Shown here in pieces: positions 35,073-46,007 of a DNA stretch of 64,000 nucleotides. The notes beneath the pieces were generated by a model. The model had not been told where the DNA came from. It saw nothing but the letters and a program-made list of their open reading frames with translations, and ran no database searches. Within the stretch, counting starts at the first letter, position 1. Each line of letters opens with the position of its first letter. Source of the stretch: Naegleria gruberi (Eukaryota); NCBI GenBank assembly GCA_000004985.1, contig GG738861.1; one strand, 5' to 3'. The position numbers and the translations under genes are program-made.

Positions 35073-35975
35073 ATGTCTCAAACAACAGTAAAGAATCGTT
35101 GCCCTCACAGAGTTTGGTATCGATTGTATGAATCCGATGATGTAAACTTTACAGGAAAAGACATTGCATCAGGTGAACAGCAAACTGTGGAGGGTGAATT
35201 TAAATCAGTGAAGGGATTCAAGTGGGAGAGAGGAGAGGATGAAGTTTGGGAACCAACTTTTAAAAGTCTATTAGAACCACAAGATGCTTGGAATTATCAC
35301 GTTGATTTGACTTCATTGTTTGGATGTAGACCTGCTAGCTCAATCAAAGTGTTCATGGCATGTTTGGCTGGTCCAGCAGATCCAATGACAAGGAATGACA
35401 TTATTCTCATCGATAAATTACATAAAGAGATTGGTGTACCAAGGGAGAATATTTGGATGTTTTTGGAGAGACAATGTACACCAAATGCAATTTATGAATC
35501 ATTGAAGGTGGCTGCCGAAATTTGTAATGATGAAAATGATATCCTATTTGTTTATTTGGGAGGACATGGAAGCAGAAAACAAAGTGAAGTTTATCAAGAA
35601 AGTGGAAACAAGTTTGAATATAATTTGGGAACTTGGGGAGGATCTACTCCTAGCTCACTTGTTTTGAAAGCAATTCAAAATGTAAAGTGTCCTGTTTTTA
35701 TGGTAGTGGACTCGTGTTATAGTGGCCAAATGATTGATGATGCAAAGAGTTATTTCCTTCATGCACCTCTTGCTCATGAGTTGTATGTTTTAACTTCAAC
35801 TCAGAATGACAAGTCAGCTCAAACTGGCTGGAGACTAATTCAAATGTTGATTGATATCATGATTGAAAGATCAAAGAGTATTACAATTACTCCTACTCTG
35901 ATAGGAAAGACAATTTCAGAAAATTTGAGAACCCCCTATGAAGAACAACGATCTCAATTCCAAATTATTGAATAA
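35073..35975 (+). CDS. Caspase-family (C14) peptidase, metacaspase-type catalytic dyad, with an uncharacterised N-terminal ~150 aa
   Basis: The catalytic His lies in ILFVYLGGHGSRKQ and the catalytic Cys in PVFMVVDSCYSGQMIDD. A p10-like STQNDKSAQ matches the metacaspase SGCQDNQTSAD region. Single exon with a real ATG at 35073. Confidence 0.6.
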   Translation: MSQTTVKNRCPHRVWYRLYESDDVNFTGKDIASGEQQTVEGEFKSVKGFKWERGEDEVWEPTFKSLLEPQDAWNYHVDLTSLFGCRPASSIKVFMACLAGPADPMTRNDIILIDKLHKEIGVPRENIWMFLERQCTPNAIYESLKVAAEICNDENDILFVYLGGHGSRKQSEVYQESGNKFEYNLGTWGGSTPSSLVLKAIQNVKCPVFMVVDSCYSGQMIDDAKSYFLHAPLAHELYVLTSTQNDKSAQTGWRLIQMLIDIMIERSKSITITPTLIGKTISENLRTPYEEQRSQFQIIE

Positions 35976-36366
35976 GTAACTGGCCCACAACAAATCTCCC
36001 AAAATCATATTCGAATGATGAACGAGATCTACAAAATGAGAAATAAACATTAGTCTCCATTATGTCTGTAAACTGTCCCATTCAAGGAAGGGTTCAGAAA
36101 GATATGGAAAATTTGTCAAACAGTCAAACTGCATTATTGCAATGTATTTCAAGCAATTTATTTCATGTTCATTTCTTGAGATATTTGGTAGTAATGTAAA
36201 ATGTGTTTCCAATTATTAAATATCTATGTAACATTATAATTATGAACGAAATCACTTCAGTTAAATTTTGACGATGAAAACAATTCTGAAAATAGCATAA
36301 CTTTAAAAAACATAAATTTTTGCCATCAACTTTTAATGTCCAACCATCAAATCAACATAAAAAAAA

Positions 36367-37116
36367 ATGCAACCCATTCAACCACCAAACAAACAATCAT
36401 CATCAGCAACACCTTCTTTCCTTAATTCTCAGCAACGGAACCAACATGATGAAAAACAACCTGTGAATGATAATGAAGAACAAGATGAACTAAATTTATC
36501 AATTTATGAAGAGGATAATATCAGCACAGATGATGAATGTCATGATAATGGAATTTCCAATTTATCTTTGCATTCCAATCATCAAGAAGATGAAACAGAG
36601 GATGCATCTCCACTTGAGGAATTGAACAAATTCGTCTTCAACATTCATGCTTTCAGAGGTGAATTGTTAATGAATGAGACAAGTAATAATGCCACTATTC
36701 AAGTTTACAAAAATACAAATTATAGCTGTAGAAATTCAAATTTCAAGTTACATGATATTCCCTTGATATTCTTGGATGGTTGTAAAGATAATGTATTTTA
36801 TTGTAAGAAACATTGTGAGAAAGTGTATTCACATTCGAATCTCCATACCACAATTGACAGATTAGGTGGATCCACAACAAGAATTACAGCATTTGGACTT
36901 TCTTTATTGAAGAAGGCAATGGTGCTGATAAACAAGGAATCGAATAGTTTTGATACACTGCTATCTAATCATGCTCAACAGCTGGCTTTGGTTTCGTATA
37001 CAGGATTGATGCTAATGGCTAATAAGAAGAAGAATCAACCTGAATGGGACGAAACTGAATTATCTTCCTTTTACAAGCACAAGTTTATTATTGTATTGAA
37101 GGGAATTACTTTATAA
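36367..37116 (+). CDS. Hypothetical protein (249 aa) with an acidic/Ser-rich N-terminus
   Basis: ATG-started ORF with coding-like codon usage. No recognisable domain. Confidence 0.45.
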   Translation: MQPIQPPNKQSSSATPSFLNSQQRNQHDEKQPVNDNEEQDELNLSIYEEDNISTDDECHDNGISNLSLHSNHQEDETEDASPLEELNKFVFNIHAFRGELLMNETSNNATIQVYKNTNYSCRNSNFKLHDIPLIFLDGCKDNVFYCKKHCEKVYSHSNLHTTIDRLGGSTTRITAFGLSLLKKAMVLINKESNSFDTLLSNHAQQLALVSYTGLMLMANKKKNQPEWDETELSSFYKHKFIIVLKGITL

Positions 37117-37153
37117 CTCAAATTGTTGTAATCATAAATTCGAATATTAAAAA

Positions 37154-37513
37154 ATGTCATATCTTCAACTCCCCACAGAGATGCACCACCAGATTCTATC
37201 CTATTTATCACCTTTTTGTGAATTATTCCACAATCAAATTGGTGGAAAACACTTGGATCCATTTATAAAGTTCATTCCGATAATATTGAACTTTCGATTG
37301 ATTCATCCAAATTATTCGAAATTAATTTCAAAATATGTAGATGAATTTTGTTGGAGTTTATTTGGAAATATGATGGATACTTATTCGATAGAACCCAAAG
37401 AAATTGATTTATTGAAAATTAAATTCACCAAAATTGGAATTGTGAAAAGTTTTGGTTCCTTTATTCATCTGATTCGAACAAGAGAAAAACAAATCCGATT
37501 CATCAGAAATTAA
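37154..37513 (+). CDS. F-box-like N-terminus (LPTEMHHQILSYLSP); a small protein, or the N-terminal part of a fusion with the downstream GTPase domain
   Basis: The ATG at 37154 is real. The LP.E....ILSYL.P match to the F-box consensus is moderate. The downstream frame opens at 37473, before this ORF's stop. Confidence 0.4.
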   Translation: MSYLQLPTEMHHQILSYLSPFCELFHNQIGGKHLDPFIKFIPIILNFRLIHPNYSKLISKYVDEFCWSLFGNMMDTYSIEPKEIDLLKIKFTKIGIVKSFGSFIHLIRTREKQIRFIRN

Positions 37514-38180
37514 ACTCTTTCTACTGGGAAGTGTGTACAGTGGCAAAACCTCAATTATTAAGAGATTTGTTTATAATCAGTTCACACAAGGTTATGAATC
37601 ACCTTCCTGTTTTTATGAAGAATTCAAACAAACAATTTCTATAGATCAAAGAGAAGAATCCATACTCTTAATAGATTCATTTGGGATCCTTAGTCGTTTC
37701 CTTCCATTTGAAGAACGTTATTATTGTAAAAAGATTAATTTCAATGTTTTGGTAATTGTTTGCTCAATGACGGAATATGAAAGTTTGCATGATTTGAAAC
37801 AAATATTGAGGAGATTTGTGGATGATAAGGGATTGAATGCTCCTTGTGTTGTGGCCATTAATAAGTGTGATCTTTTTCATCATTGTGTGGTTGATATAAG
37901 GGAGGTTAATGAAATTGTGGAAAATTTTGGATTGACTGATTATAAAATTATGGAGACGAGTGCAAAAACAGGAAAGAATATTGAAGAATTAGTGGAAGAA
38001 TGTGTTAGAAAGTTTAGAGAACGATTGAGAGATGTAAAAAGTGTTGTAGAACAAGTTCTGTTATTGGATCAAGAGGAGAAAGATGACAGAATGAGTATTT
38101 ACAAGATGGTGTTTATACCTCTTTGCTTTCTTTGGAATTTGATACTAAACTCGATTTTTCTCTGGAAGCTTAATGAATAG
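37473..38180 (+). CDS. Ras-superfamily small GTPase domain (G1 GSVYSGKTS, G4 NKCD, G5 ETSAK) with degenerate switch II (DSFG, no Gln) and no ATG in this frame
   Basis: The frame is open from 37473 (FEQEKNKSDSSEIKLFLLGSVYSGKTSIIKRF...). The ORF-track start at 37533 is a GTG. The domain is probably joined to the 37154 ORF by a frameshift or intron. Confidence 0.5.
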   Translation, partial: FEQEKNKSDSSEIKLFLLGSVYSGKTSIIKRFVYNQFTQGYESPSCFYEEFKQTISIDQREESILLIDSFGILSRFLPFEERYYCKKINFNVLVIVCSMTEYESLHDLKQILRRFVDDKGLNAPCVVAINKCDLFHHCVVDIREVNEIVENFGLTDYKIMETSAKTGKNIEELVEECVRKFRERLRDVKSVVEQVLLLDQEEKDDRMSIYKMVFIPLCFLWNLILNSIFLWKLNE

Positions 38181-38949
38181 AATCTCACCGACACGGAATT
38201 CACTAGACAAGTTTTCATTATTTTATGAAACAGAAAGGATAACCTTCTTAATGTTTCAAAAGATGCTAATCAAATAATTGGAAATGTTATAATCTATCAA
38301 CATTTCATTCTGTGGATCATCTTCTGAAATTCTGAATTGAATAGCAATGGAGCTTTGTTTAAAAGATAACTTGATAAGATTTGTTAATTAATTATAATTT
38401 ACAATTTTTCATGACTAACGTAATTCTCAACAATAACATACCAATTTGAAATTTGGTAAAACTGCAAATAGAATATTTTATTGGAAAGAAAAATAAAGGA
38501 GTCTAACCTTTGACTATTTTCTCGATGGAATTAGGAGATAAGGTTTTGAAAATTGGCAGATATGTTGATTACATACCAGTCTTCATATTATGAAAAAAAT
38601 TTTAAATTAAATAGTGAAGATAAAGTTAAAAATTAATCTCGAGTGCCGGGAATTGAATTTCCTAATTTGGAAGATGACTTCAACAACCAAATAACAATAA
38701 TAAATTGGGTTATTAAATTAATGTTTATTAAATAGTGACCGTTAGGTCACTGATTGTTAATTAATTATTGATGATGATTTGTTGTTGAACAGATACTAAC
38801 CACCACCGATTGTTGTCATAATATTAAACACAGAGTAATCACCGTGTCGCCAAATTCCTTGATAATTATTCATAACTGTAACTTCTTGATCAAAAGGCAC
38901 TCGAGCAATAAACAATTTGATTTCACACAGCCAAAACTCTCGTTCATAC

Positions 38950-39092
38950 TTTGGGTACCGGGAATGAAATTTCCAAATAAGGAATGACCGATATCATTCA
39001 ACTATTACTAACTCATACTCACACTAACAAAACAAATTGAACCCGGGTCGCCAGAGTGACAGTCTGGAATGCTACCACTATACCACACCCGA
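38950..39092 (-). tRNA. tRNA-Asp(GUC) gene interrupted in the T-loop by a 66-bp insertion (probably non-functional)
   Basis: The 5' part at 39092..39035 reads TCGGGTG TG GTATAGTGGTA GCAT T CCAGA CTGTCAC TCTGG CGAC CCGGG TTCAATT. After the insertion, 38968..38950 supplies TTCATT CCCGG TACCCAA A. The acceptor stem pairs 6 of 7. Confidence 0.6.
38969..39034 (-). mobile_element. 66-bp insertion in the tRNA-Asp T-loop; a short member of the family that also interrupts tRNA-Gly
   Basis: The insert is TGTTTTGTTAGTGTGAGTATGAGTTAGTAATAGTTGAATGATATCGGTCATTCCTTATTTGGAAAT. Its first ~40 nt and its GGAAAT 3' end match the ends of the 1334-bp Gly insertion. Confidence 0.5.
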
Positions 39093-40159
39093 TTTCATAT
39101 TAAGTGATAAATATTATTGAATATATAGACGTATTTTCAACAATTTTAAATAATTCTACCAACACCAATCCTGTGGTGAGATCCAGTTTCAAACCCTTTT
39201 AAAGGCATCCATTGCCCATCAGTAATTATAAACGAGTTGATCTCACAATAGTTCCTCGGACAATATTCCAATTTCCTTCAACACGTATTCTTCTTCCAAT
39301 CTCTCAAGCCTTTCCATAAATTGCAATACAATAATGATTCAGAAGTATGAATAAATTCAATAGTATCACATTTACATATAGTACATTTAGAACATGATCA
39401 GCACAGCCATTAGTTTCCCAAATTCCACTCTCTGAAAATCTTAAAGATTCAGTACTATCAGTCTCGTGTAGAAATTAACAAGAATACTGTGATAATTCAT
39501 TCACTCACAGAATTCAATTCAGTAGGTGAAAAGACAGGAAAGTTAATTTGATCTACCTTAAAATTGGTTTCCATCTTTGTCTAGAATATCACCTTAATTC
39601 ATTGAACAAGGGAATTTTCTAGAATATACATGTTAACTTTGCAAGAGCTTATTTCAAAAGATCAACTCTTGACACAAGTGGAAAATTAATCAACTCAAAT
39701 TAACAATGCTGTTCAATCACTGATGTCAAATATTAAAGGGTTCATCCCTATCCCCAATTACTATTCTCTTAAAATCACATAACTTTATCCAAAATGATTT
39801 CCAGTGTTTTCCCTTCTTCATTCCAGAATTAACTGAAGAAATATCATCCACTCAACTAATCATCTCAATAATACATGTGTTTATCTCAAATTATAATGTA
39901 AATATATCCACAGCACACAATGTTGCAACTTGAATTGATTGGAAGAGTAGAGTCACTTTGGGATGATTAAATTTGTTGTAGCCTCTCCACTAAATGTTAA
40001 ACCAACAACAACAATAATACCATCCAATGATAATCAACAATTGACGGCCCTCCAACTAGAAAGGGACAAGAAATAACGATGTGATATTACTATCAATATG
40101 TATGTGGTGGGAATTGTGTGAGCAGATGCAAGAATATTGTAGATGAAGGTTTTCTATTT

Positions 40160-41730
40160 TTTATCAAACTTGATGAATTTTTTCCATGTTGAAAATTACA
40201 GTAAGTTGTTAATTGCAATGTTTGCTGATTGTTTGCTCGTAATGTTTGATGATGTGTTGAATGAAAATAATGAAAAGTCATATTGTAAAGTTGTTCTTCT
40301 TCACTTGACTTTCCACATTTAAAAAATGACCTCTAAAATAGTTTTTTAAACTTCAATTTGACTTGCCATCAATCACATCAATCATTCTATCATTAATTTT
40401 TCATTTAAATATTTTTTTAACACACAAATCATCAATTAAAAATCAAAAAAAAACAAATCCATTCAAATTCTATAAAAATGTCATTCTGTGAAGACGTTCA
40501 AGCCCTCGTTGTCGATAACGGTTCTGGTATGTGTAAAGCTGGTTTTGCTGGTGATGATGCTCCAAGAGCTGTCTTCCCTTCAATTATTGGTAGACCAAAG
40601 CAAAAGTCCATTATGGTTGGTATGGGTAATAAGGATGCCTATGTTGGTGATGAAGCTCAATCCAAGAGAGGTATTTTAACTTTGAAGTATCCAATTGAAC
40701 ACGGTATTGTTACCAATTGGGATGATATGGAAAAGATCTGGCATCACACTTTCTACAATGAATTGAGAGTTGCTCCAGAAGAACATCCAGTCTTGTTGAC
40801 TGAAGCTCCTTTGAATCCAAAGGCCAATAGAGAAAAGATGACTCAAATTATGTTTGAAACTTTCTCAGTTCCAGCTATGTACGTCGCTATTCAAGCTGTC
40901 TTGTCCTTGTATGCTTCTGGTAGAACTACTGGTATTGTTTTGGACTCTGGTGATGGTGTTTCCCACACTGTTCCTATCTATGAAGGTTATGCTTTGCCAC
41001 ACGCCATCTTGAGATTGGATTTGGCTGGTCGTGATTTGACTGATTATTTGATGAAGATTTTGATGGAAAGAGGTTATTCATTCAATACTACTGCTGAAAG
41101 AGAAATTGTCAGAGATATTAAGGAAAAGCTCTGTTATATTGCTTTGGATTTCGAAGCTGAAATGAAGGTTGCTGCTGAATCATCATCAGTTGAAAAGTCA
41201 TACGAATTGCCAGATGGTAATGTTATCACTGTTGGTAACGAAAGATTCAGATGTCCAGAAGTCTTGTTCCAACCAAACTTCATTGGTATGGAAGCTGCTG
41301 GTGTTCATGAAACTACTTTCAACTCCATTGGTAAATGTGATATTGACATCAGAAAGGACTTGTACGGTAACGTTGTCTTGTCTGGTGGTACTACTATGTT
41401 CGAAGGTATTGCTGAAAGAATGACCAAGGAATTGACTGCTATGGCTCCTGCTTCAATGAAGATTAAGGTTGTTGCTCCACCTGAAAGAAAGTACTCTGTC
41501 TGGATTGGTGGTTCCATCTTGGCTTCATTGTCCACTTTCCAACAAATGTGGATCACAAAGGAAGAATATGAGGATGCCGGTCCAGGTATTGTTCACAGAA
41601 AGTGTTTCTAAATCTATTGATTTTGAAACAATTCAATTCTCCCAAACAAACAACAAAAACTTGTTTGTAATAAAACTATTATGTAAAATTAAAATCAATC
41701 TGAATACTTTTTGTGTTGCGAAAGAGAAAT
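40160..41730. repeat. Right arm of the actin-containing inverted duplication
   Basis: Reverse complement of 32740..34310. Confidence 0.85.
40478..41611 (+). CDS. act: Actin (377 aa), second copy, protein identical to the 32846..33979 copy
   Basis: The protein is identical. Off-frame ORFs differ at a few residues, so the nucleotide differences are synonymous. Confidence 0.95.
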
Positions 41731-42004
41731 TGAAATCTTTAACAAACTTCGAATAGGTTCAAAGTTATTATAGACAAAACTTGGAAATGAACTAAATTAA
41801 TCTTCCCTTAAATCAAAAAGATTCTCATTTACTCTCAAGCCCTTAAATAGTCATCATCAACATGTTGACTCTCTCTCGAATATTCGTCATCACCAACAGC
41901 ACGGAAGTTTAGGATGACGCACAAAAAGATATTATTCGTAAATAATGTACTTATGAATAAAATATATTTGGATCTATTCAAAAGGATCTAAAATAGAAAA
42001 AAAA

Positions 42005-44138
42005 ATGAGCAAACAAGAATTGCAGGAAACCATTGAAAAATCAACTAGCAAGACTGCTGCTGATGAGAGCAGTTTTGAAGAGGAAGAACATGAGGATATC
42101 ACTGCAGATGAACAAGTATTGCAAGATTTTTACAAGAAGGAAGCTCAGATTAAACAAGCTACTAAACCAAAGGAAGAAAAGCCGGTTGCTGCTTCTACTT
42201 ATGAAGATCAGGGAGAAGGTGCACATATGATTGAAATGCCATTAGATAAAACTAAGCTTTCCAAGACTGATATTAGGTCATTGCACAAAGATGAAGTAAA
42301 ACAAGCTAGAAAGGAATTGGACAAGCTTCCGAAGCCTCAAACTTTCCCAAATCATGCTGAAATTAGTTTCTTTGGTGCTTCAGGTACTGTTACTGGTAGT
42401 AAGCACATGATTACTTATGGATCTTTGAATGCTTTGATTGATTGCGGAATGTATCAAGGTTTGAAGGAACTTAGGTATGTTTTTTAATTCTTTCATTTGT
42501 TTTAATTAGATTAATTATCAAAGAGAGAGAAACTGGAAATTAATTTCATCATCAAAACCTGTTGAAACAATGTGTGATGCCATCATTATTACTCACTCTC
42601 ACTTGGATCACACTGGTTATCTTCCAAGGTATGTTTTTTATACAATGTTTTGATACAAATGAAAATTAAAACTATCAAAAATCATCAATCGGAATGAATA
42701 ATTTAATCTTCAATCATCATAATAATATCAAAATAGAATGGTTGCTCTTGGATTTACTGGACCAATCTACATGACAGAACAAACATTTAATTTGACCAAA
42801 CTAATCTTGTTGGATTCTGCTCGTTTACAAGAAGAAGATGCTCACTATGCCAATCACAAAGAAACTACTAAACATGAGGTTGCCCTTCCACTCTATTCCG
42901 AAGAAGATGTTCTCAACTGTTTCAAGTTGGTGAGAACTGTCAAGTATGGAGAAAAAATTGTTGTTAAAAGTAGATTGGATGAAGACAAATTCAGCTTTAA
43001 ATACTTTAATGCAGGACACTTGTTGGGATCATCGTTTGTTGAAATTACTCTTGACACAAAGGAAAAGATTATCTTTTCAGGAGATTTGGGAACTTTCCAC
43101 ACCTCCACTCCAATGCAACAACAACCTCAATTACCAATGGGAGCTGATTATGTTATTTGTGAAGCTACTTATGGTGGCAAGTCACACATTGATTTTGCAA
43201 CTGGTAGAGCTGCTGAGGATCAAGATTACATTATTGAAACTAAGGTTAAACCAGCGTTGAAACAAGCTGTTGAACATATTGTGGAAAATGATGGTGTAAT
43301 TCTTATTCCAGCTTTTGCCATTGGTCGTTCTCAAACTATTGCTTATCACTTGTTAAAGATGATGAGAGAGAAGGAAATTCCAACACTTCCTGTCCACATG
43401 AACTCTCCAATGTCAGTTGAAGCTCTTGATTTTTATCAACAATATTTATTGGACGAACATCAAAAGGATGCACACGAAATTTTGAGAGATGTCATTTGCC
43501 ATAATAGTGCTAAGGAATCTAAGGAACTTCACAAAAAGCTCAAGGATGGTTATTCTAAATGTGTCATTATCAGTAGTAGTGGTATGATGACAGGTGGTCG
43601 TTGTTTATTCCACTTTGAAGAATTGGCTCCTCATGAAAAGAACGTTCTCTTATTGAGTGGTTTCCAAGCTGAAGGTACAAGAGGTAGAGACTTGCTTAAT
43701 GGTGTCAGAGATATCAAATTATTGGGCAAGACTGTCAATGTTAAATGCCAAGTCATGCAAGTCCAAGGTTTGTCTGCTCACGGTGATACTGATGATGTTA
43801 TTAAATGGATTGAGGCTGCCAAAAATCCAAAACCAAAGATGGTTTTCGTTGTCCACGGAGAACCAACCTCACTCCGTAGTATGGCTAGAGAAATTTGTGT
43901 TGAATTGGATGTTAATGCTCTCGTTCCAAAGAGAGGTACAACATTCCACATGAGAACTGAACTCTCCTTCAGTCACAGTAGAAGAGCTAGTGTTGTTTCA
44001 ACCAATAACAGTTTACAAGATGTCATTTCAAGCAATATGCCTGATATTCCAAAACTTGGAAAGACCAATATGGTTCACGTGATGTATGCTGGTATTATTT
44101 TAATTGCCTTTATTGCCTTCCTTTTAAGATTCTTTTAA
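42005..44138 (+). CDS. Metallo-beta-lactamase fold / beta-CASP family hydrolase (RNA-processing nuclease-like) with a K/E-rich N-terminus and a C-terminal TM anchor; 3 exons
   Basis: Exons are 42005..42475, 42510..42628 and 42736..44138, separated by GTATGT...TAG introns that I traced by hand. Motifs are GASGTVTGS, HSHLDHTGYLPR (HxHxDH), FSGDLG, CEATYGG and VVHGE. The sequence ends MVHVMYAGIILIAFIAFLLRFF, a tail-anchor-like segment. Confidence 0.7.
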
Positions 44139-44403
44139 ATTATTTGTAAATATATTTGACTTGTAAATTTCATTTGAATAATAATAAATTAAGTTATCCA
44201 CAACAATAAATAGGATGCTTCTCATTATTCTCTCTGCAGAGAGTTTCATCATCCATTGCACAATTCTTACTTTTTGTTCAACGGTAATGATACAAGTCAC
44301 AATCCACGCACTGATGATGACAAACACAAAAAAATTCCCTCTAACCTAATACAACGTGCTTTCATCACAACAAATAGAGAGGAAATTTTCATCATCAAAT
44401 AAT

Positions 44404-45781
44404 ATGGTCTCTAAATTATCATCAACAAGGAGTCTGTCGTCCTTTGCGATTGTACTCACCATTTTGTTCTCCATACTCGTATTGTGTAGTGCCGCAGATG
44501 AGAAGAAAACAGTTACCAGACAAACAAAAACCAACTCTGTCTATGAAACTCATGATGTTATCGATTTAGTGGTTGAAAAGTTGTGGTCTAAATACAACCC
44601 ATCAGAAACTTATAGTTATAAACAATTACCATTTTGCGATGCTAAAGGATCAACAGATACTTCATTGGGTGAAGAACTTACTGGTAGTGCTGATTCTGTC
44701 ATTTCAAATTATGATATTAGATTTGAAGGTTTGTTATTGCTTGTGTTAATTCAATCCCACTTACTATTAATTCTTTTCAACAATTTACTTTGATTGTATT
44801 ATTTTCTTTCTAATAATAATAATACCTAACAACAATAATACAATAATTAACATTAATAATGATAATGATAATAATAATTGATAATGTAAAATTCTAGTCG
44901 ATGTTCCTGCCGAGACTGAACTTTGCTCCAAGTCATTGAACAAGGAAGATTTGTCACTTTTACGTTCCTCAATCAAGGAAGATTATCTCATGCTCATGTA
45001 TTATGATGGTATTCCAATGATTGTTCACATTGGTTATTATGACACTGTTGAACACAAGTATTATCTTTACAATAGCTACAAATTCTCTTTGACTTACAAT
45101 GGTAATCATGTTATTACTGCTGTTGCTCAACCTTCTTCCAAGGTTGATATTTCTTCCGATGATGTTACTCTCATCAAGTTTAAATATTCAGCTGAATGGC
45201 AACAAACAGCCAAACAATACGTTACACGTGTTAATTACTTTATTGGTATGAACTTTAATAGTGATGAATTGGAAATCCAATGGTTCTCAATTATTAACAG
45301 CTTGATCTTTATCCTTGTTTTGACATCATTCTTGACATTTATCATTATTCGTATGCTCAGAAAGGATTATGATGCTATGGATTTGGTAATACACTATATT
45401 GAACTCCATTATTTGTATTTGAGTATGTGGGGTCAATATGGTCACGTTCCATTCCCAATTGTTTTGATGGTTGTCTTGATTTTGATTGCTGTCACTAGTT
45501 GCATTACCATTTCTCTCATTTATTTGACTCTCTCACAAGAAAACCACAATTGGTGGTGGAGAAGTATCAAGTTTGGTGGTACTAGCAGTATTTTCGTTTT
45601 TGGTTATTCCCTCTATTACTACATTATGGAAAGTGGCATGTCAGGCACTCTCCAAACAACCTTCTTTGTTGGTTACAACTTGGTTATTGCCTTTGCTGTT
45701 TTCTTAATGATGAGTACTGTTGGTTTCCTCTCTAGTTTGACCTTTGTCAAGAATATTTATAGTTCTATTAAGTGTGAATAA
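44404..45781 (+). CDS. TM9SF/nonaspanin (Phg1)-like membrane protein, unusually short (~400 aa); 2 exons
   Basis: The signal peptide is MVSKLSSTRSLSSFAIVLTILFSILVLCSA. Exon 1 (44404..44728) has YKQLPFCDAKG. A 169-bp AT-rich intron (44729..44897) follows. Exon 2 begins DVPAETELCSKSLNKEDL...MLMYYDGIPM and ends KNIYSSIKCE, resembling the TM9SF C-terminus ...KIYSxxKxD. Confidence 0.55.
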
Positions 45782-46007
45782 ATTTGATAATTTTTGTAAA
45801 ATTCAATTAGTTTTATTCATTAATGAACGGAGCAATCTCTGTTGTTGTCAATTAGGTTGATAAGTTTGACCTTGCTCTCATTGTAAAGGAAAAAAAGATT
45901 TGAAAAAGATTGTGGAATTTCCAACATTCATCAGATAACATTCTCCGTACAACCAACTGGTGTTGATGTTTTAATAATCACACGATAAAAAACCAGCACA
46001 CACACAA

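Noticed and set aside
38641-38680. GGAATTTCC / GAAATTTCC palindromes read as NF-kB-like sites or as pol III ex-B boxes
   Set aside because: The palindrome is a by-product of the element end GGAAAT abutting the tRNA T-loop TTC. Two of the sites provably complete split tRNA genes, so an insertion-junction interpretation fits better than a regulatory one. It is not excluded for the remaining sites.
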